Origin: an uncultured Methanosarcinales archaeon
GTDB lineage: Archaea > Halobacteriota > Methanosarcinia > Methanotrichales > Methanotrichaceae
NCBI GenBank assembly: GCA_963843555.1
Contig: CAWJKV010000003.1
Span: 32,001-96,000, forward strand
Length of the DNA: 64,000 nt
Direction: 5' to 3'
In this document: positions 60,007 to 64,000 of the stretch, piece after piece
Layout: each line of letters opens with the position of its first letter
Position numbering within the stretch: the first letter of the stretch is position 1
The notes under the pieces: model-generated
The model's input: only the letters and a program-made list of their open reading frames with translations
What the model was told of the DNA's origin: nothing
Database searches by the model: none
Translations under genes and position numbers: made by a program

Positions 60007-62032
60007 ACCCGTAAAGATGAGTCGCGTAGTCGTCGCCGGGTCAAAGGATGTAATATCTCCTGTTGTTGAAAAGCTGCATGAGTTGCGCTTGTTGCACATT
60101 ATCAACTACGATGGCAGCCAGCCTGAGTTTGAGTTGGGAAAGTCTATCGGTAAAGCTAAGGAATATTCTGAGAACCTCATCAAACTCAGATCCGTCACCA
60201 GGTACCTTGATATCAAGAACAAGGCTCCTGAGAAGACCTATCCTGAGTCGCAGGTTCTATCCGAGATGGACAATCTTCTAAATAATGTCGGCGGGGAAAT
60301 TACCGCTACCTTCGAGCGCATCACTGCGATCGAAGCAGAAGTCAAGTCCAAGCAGGATCAGATAAAGTCTCTAACTCCTTTGTCTGCCTTGCCGCTGCCG
60401 TTAGATGCTTACTATGGTTATGATTCTCTGGCGACCTTTGTCGGCACAGCAGCAACCCCTGTTGATGCTGACGTAGCGAGGGTCTCTCCGGTTAATGAGA
60501 TCTACACAGGAACCGCCAAGAAAGCAACTCTTGTTGCGATATTCGTGCCTGTAGACAAGGCCGGCGACGTATCAACAGTTCTTTCCGAGCATGGGTTTTC
60601 TGAATTATCCGTTCCCAAGCTTGAGGGCAATGTAGACTCGGCAATTGCGACTTTAGAAGGCGGCATCAAATCCCTGGAAGGCGAAATGGCGCCTCTCCAG
60701 AAGAAGCTGGCCGACATGAAGAAGCAGAATGAAGACCTGATACTGGCGACAGACGAATATCTGACGATGCAGACCCGCAAGACTGAGGCACCACTCAGAT
60801 TCGCTGAGACGGCCAATGCCTTTGTGATTGACGGCTATGTTCCGAGCGATCAGTTCAGCAGGCTGAAGAGCGAGCTGGAGAGCGCAGCCGAAGGCCGGCT
60901 AGAAGTACAGTTGATCGCGGACAATGAATCAGAAGAACTCGTAGAGAAGGGCGAAGACATACCGACCAAGATGGATAATCCAAGCCTGGTCAGGCCTTAT
61001 GAACTCGTCACAAGGCTATTTGCCATTCCAGAGTACAAGGAGTTCGATCCGTCATTGCTGATATTCATCTTCTTCCCGATCATGTTCGGCATGATCCTGG
61101 GTGATATCGGATATGGCCTCATGACGCTCGTGGTTCTGATATTGCTCAAGAAAAAGTTCAGAACCGAAGGGTGGCAGCAGCTGATCAACATCGTCATGAT
61201 TGCCAGCGTGTGGTCAATCATATTCGGAATCTTCTACGGTGAGATCTTTGGGCCGTTAGGTCTATGGAATTATATGTTTGGAATGCTGTCTCACGCGCAA
61301 ATTGTGGTGTTGGAAGAGGAAGGCCTGTTCTTTGGTGAAGGTCTCTATGGATCTCTTGGAAGGCTCGGCCCGTTGGATATCTTCCCGTTATATAGATTGG
61401 CAACTAATGCGGTTCTGCTTTTGATAGGCGTAAGTTTGTTTATTGGTGTAGTCCATTGTTCTGTGGGCTCCATTTTGGGAATCAAGACGGAGCTGAACTA
61501 CGGCGAGAAGAAGCATGCCTATTTCGAGCGCCTTCCTGTGATGCTTTTCCAGGTATTCTTTGCTATTGCATTACTTGGACTGGTCATGGGACAGATGCCA
61601 ATGGTAATCCTGGGCGCAATAGTGATCGTTGTCTCCATAGGGATGATGGTTATGGGACCGGAAGGTGCCATGGGACTGGCTCACGTGCCATCCTATGTGA
61701 GCAATCTGATATCCTACCTGAGGCTTCTGGCCATCGGCCTGGCTTCGGTCGGTTTGGCATATGCCGCCAATCAGTTGGCCTTCTATGTCATAATGCCCAT
61801 GTTAAGCGGTGGAGCGACGAATAGTGCTGATTTCACAATACCTGCCATTATCGTGGGTATGGTGGTCTTGGTGCTGGTGCACTTCATCAACTTCCTGCTG
61901 GGAATTCTGTCTCCTTTCATGCATCCTCTCAGGTTGCATTATGTGGAGATGTTCACGAAGTTCTACAGCGCTCATGGTGGTGGAGTGGAATACAGTCCCT
62001 TCGGACATGTCCGGAGGTTCTTGAAGGCATGA
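59999..62032 (+). CDS. atpI: A-type ATP synthase subunit I
   Basis: MLRPVKM, P.YKEFDP, FGMILGDIGYG, ISYLRLLAIG, HPLRLHYVEMF.KFY. Confidence 0.95.
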   Translation: MLRPVKMSRVVVAGSKDVISPVVEKLHELRLLHIINYDGSQPEFELGKSIGKAKEYSENLIKLRSVTRYLDIKNKAPEKTYPESQVLSEMDNLLNNVGGEITATFERITAIEAEVKSKQDQIKSLTPLSALPLPLDAYYGYDSLATFVGTAATPVDADVARVSPVNEIYTGTAKKATLVAIFVPVDKAGDVSTVLSEHGFSELSVPKLEGNVDSAIATLEGGIKSLEGEMAPLQKKLADMKKQNEDLILATDEYLTMQTRKTEAPLRFAETANAFVIDGYVPSDQFSRLKSELESAAEGRLEVQLIADNESEELVEKGEDIPTKMDNPSLVRPYELVTRLFAIPEYKEFDPSLLIFIFFPIMFGMILGDIGYGLMTLVVLILLKKKFRTEGWQQLINIVMIASVWSIIFGIFYGEIFGPLGLWNYMFGMLSHAQIVVLEEEGLFFGEGLYGSLGRLGPLDIFPLYRLATNAVLLLIGVSLFIGVVHCSVGSILGIKTELNYGEKKHAYFERLPVMLFQVFFAIALLGLVMGQMPMVILGAIVIVVSIGMMVMGPEGAMGLAHVPSYVSNLISYLRLLAIGLASVGLAYAANQLAFYVIMPMLSGGATNSADFTIPAIIVGMVVLVLVHFINFLLGILSPFMHPLRLHYVEMFTKFYSAHGGGVEYSPFGHVRRFLKA

Positions 62033-62099
62033 ATTCGAGATTTCGAATTGAGAGATTGAACCCAAATTGTAATATTAATAAAAAGGAGGATTGAGGAAA

Positions 62100-62366
62100 A
62101 TGGTAGTTGTAGCAGATGCGGGTGTATTGTATGGATTGATAGCTGTCGGCGCTGGCCTGGCTACTGGATTAGCAGGCATTGGTGCTGGTGTTGGTGAACA
62201 GGGTATTGGCGCTGCAGTAGTGGGCGTCGTGGCTGAGGAGCCCGGATTCCTGGGCAAGGGTCTTTTCCTCATGCTTCTGCCCGAGACACTGATCATCTTC
62301 GGCCTCGCTGTATCGCTGATCCTGATGTTCGCCTGGACGCCTTTCGCCCCTATCGTGACACCCTAA
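62100..62366 (+). CDS. atpK: A-type ATP synthase subunit K (c, proteolipid)
   Basis: Single hairpin; GLAGIGAGVGE, LPETLIIFG. Confidence 0.93.
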   Translation: MVVVADAGVLYGLIAVGAGLATGLAGIGAGVGEQGIGAAVVGVVAEEPGFLGKGLFLMLLPETLIIFGLAVSLILMFAWTPFAPIVTP

Positions 62367-62393
62367 GTTGGCCATTCCAGAGGGTGAGAGGCA

Positions 62394-62942
62394 ATGGCAC
62401 TAGATGCAGTGGTTGAGTCGGTCCTGGCAACCAGCAAGGACAAGGTCGCTCAGATAAATAGCGAAGCTGACCTAGAGGTTGCAAGGATACTCAATGAAGC
62501 TAGGGAACGTGCCGCAGAGATTAAGTCCAGGAAGGAAACTGAGGTTGGACACACCACAGAGGCAATCGAGCGCAGGGAGATCTCCAGCGCCAATCTCGAA
62601 GTAAAGAGATCGGAGCTTAACGTTCACAAGGATCTCCTGGAGAAGGCCAGGACAAGACTTCTGGAGAAGACCCAAAATCTTCCCAAGAAGGATAACGAGT
62701 CCATGCTGAAAAAGATGCTCGAGCCTTACGATCTCAAGGATATGAAGGTCTTCTCCAATAAGAGAGATGAGGCCTTCATATCCTCTCTCGCCCCCAATTA
62801 CGGCGGGAACCTGGACATCATCGGCGGCGTCGTGATCGAGAGCAAAGATGGGTCTCTGCGTTACGATTTAACCTATGAAACTCTTGCGCGTGAGGTATTT
62901 AATAACCACATGAAAGAGGTTTCCGGGATCTTATTCGGGTGA
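62394..62942 (+). CDS. atpE: A-type ATP synthase subunit E
   Basis: [27 protein letters not shown], position in operon. Confidence 0.92.
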   Translation: MALDAVVESVLATSKDKVAQINSEADLEVARILNEARERAAEIKSRKETEVGHTTEAIERREISSANLEVKRSELNVHKDLLEKARTRLLEKTQNLPKKDNESMLKKMLEPYDLKDMKVFSNKRDEAFISSLAPNYGGNLDIIGGVVIESKDGSLRYDLTYETLAREVFNNHMKEVSGILFG

Positions 62943-62947
62943 GGACG

Positions 62948-63997
62948 ATGCCTGTACTACGTTTGCCGAAGTTCGGAAAACCGGTGAAGTACGCTTACAT
63001 CACGGGCAGAGTCCGGGCGATGAAAACCAAGCTAGTCCCGGCAGAAATGTATGCCAGGATGATGAACATGGAGATGTCGGAGATCGCCCGATACTTGGAA
63101 GAGACACAGTATAAGGATGAGATCGACGCGCTCTCCAAGGATTACTCTGGGGTGGAGCTGATTGAGCACGCCACCTTTGCCAATTTGGCAAAGACCTTCA
63201 GGAAGCTGGCCGAGGTCTCTATAGACGAGCCGTCATTCCTGATTCTGGAGTACTTGCGGCGCTGGGATGTCTGGAACATCAAGACTCTCTTGCGAGGCAA
63301 GTTCTACGGGGCCACCGACACGGAGATTGTAAAATATCTCGTGCCGGCAGGAGAGTTATCCCCCGAGTACCTCGATGAGCTGGCCAAAAAGGATACCATC
63401 CAGGATATCATATCGGCCTTGGATGGAACTGACTATGCCAGCGCACTGTCGCAGTACGACGGCAAGAATTTGGCGACGCTTGAGAATGCCCTGGACAAGC
63501 TCTATTACTTCAGAATGGAGCGCGCGGTTGGCGGCACATTGTCCGTAGGTGGCGGCCTGCTGCTCAAGTACGTCCGCAGAGAGGTCGATATCAGAAACCT
63601 GATCACTCTCTTCAGGATGAACAGGGCAGGCGTCGATGCAGCCGTGATTCAAGAGAATCTTATCCCCGGAGGAAAGCTGCACGAAGAGCTGGCTCGCATG
63701 GCTGGTCAGCCTTTCGGCGAGTTCCTGCGCGGATTGGAAGGATATCCCTTCTGGTCTTCGATATCTGATATCGCAACAACGGATCTTGATGCCGTCAGCA
63801 GAGTCGAGGCCAGATTGAGGGCTTATCTCATCCGGTATGCATGGGCTCTTTCCAACTATCATCCGTTATCCATCCTGCCTGTGCTCGGATACATGGTGAG
63901 CAAAGAGACTGAAGTTTCCAACATCAGGAAGATTGTGAGGGGAAAAGAAGCCGGACTTCCTGCAGAACTCATCGAGGAGCAATTGGTGGTGGCCTAA
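62948..63997 (+). CDS. atpC: A-type ATP synthase subunit C
   Basis: [39 protein letters not shown]. Confidence 0.93.
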   Translation: MPVLRLPKFGKPVKYAYITGRVRAMKTKLVPAEMYARMMNMEMSEIARYLEETQYKDEIDALSKDYSGVELIEHATFANLAKTFRKLAEVSIDEPSFLILEYLRRWDVWNIKTLLRGKFYGATDTEIVKYLVPAGELSPEYLDELAKKDTIQDIISALDGTDYASALSQYDGKNLATLENALDKLYYFRMERAVGGTLSVGGGLLLKYVRREVDIRNLITLFRMNRAGVDAAVIQENLIPGGKLHEELARMAGQPFGEFLRGLEGYPFWSSISDIATTDLDAVSRVEARLRAYLIRYAWALSNYHPLSILPVLGYMVSKETEVSNIRKIVRGKEAGLPAELIEEQLVVA

Positions 63998-64000
63998 AAT

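Noticed and set aside
1..64000. IS elements, integrases, provirus, rRNA, selenocysteine or pyrrolysine recoding
   Set aside because: No transposase or integrase motifs, terminal repeats, rRNA signatures or conserved in-frame stop read-through seen by eye

Overview
Archaeal chromosomal DNA from a methanogen, most consistent with Methanothrix (Methanosaeta)/Methanosarcinales (inferred from gene content: mptE, GGGP synthase, rpl40e, cgi121, aksA/E/F, afpA, form III-type RuBisCO, A-type ATP synthase). Mostly housekeeping genes, plus a RelBE-type toxin-antitoxin pair, a small AT-rich island with two orphan genes, a ~21 kb surface-glycan locus, a gluconeogenesis/RuBisCO locus and the start of the A1A0 ATP synthase operon. 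No CRISPR array, transposase, integrase or rRNA was seen. The most striking element is absent from the ORF track: a tRNA-Ser(CGA) gene (7913-8063, minus) split by two non-canonical introns (21/22 and 59/60) with BHB-like motifs, the second resembling a copy of the tRNA's own anticodon arm. Other leads are a multi-stem structured region upstream of the coiled-coil gene, a Cys-rich unknown gene inside the aksE-aksF operon, a Dph6 + glutaminase pair, and a second FBP aldolase/FBPase set next to RuBisCO. Many genes, including conserved housekeeping ones, carry clustered single-base frameshifts that look like consensus errors, so boundaries there are approximate. All family calls come from motif recognition by eye, not database searches.
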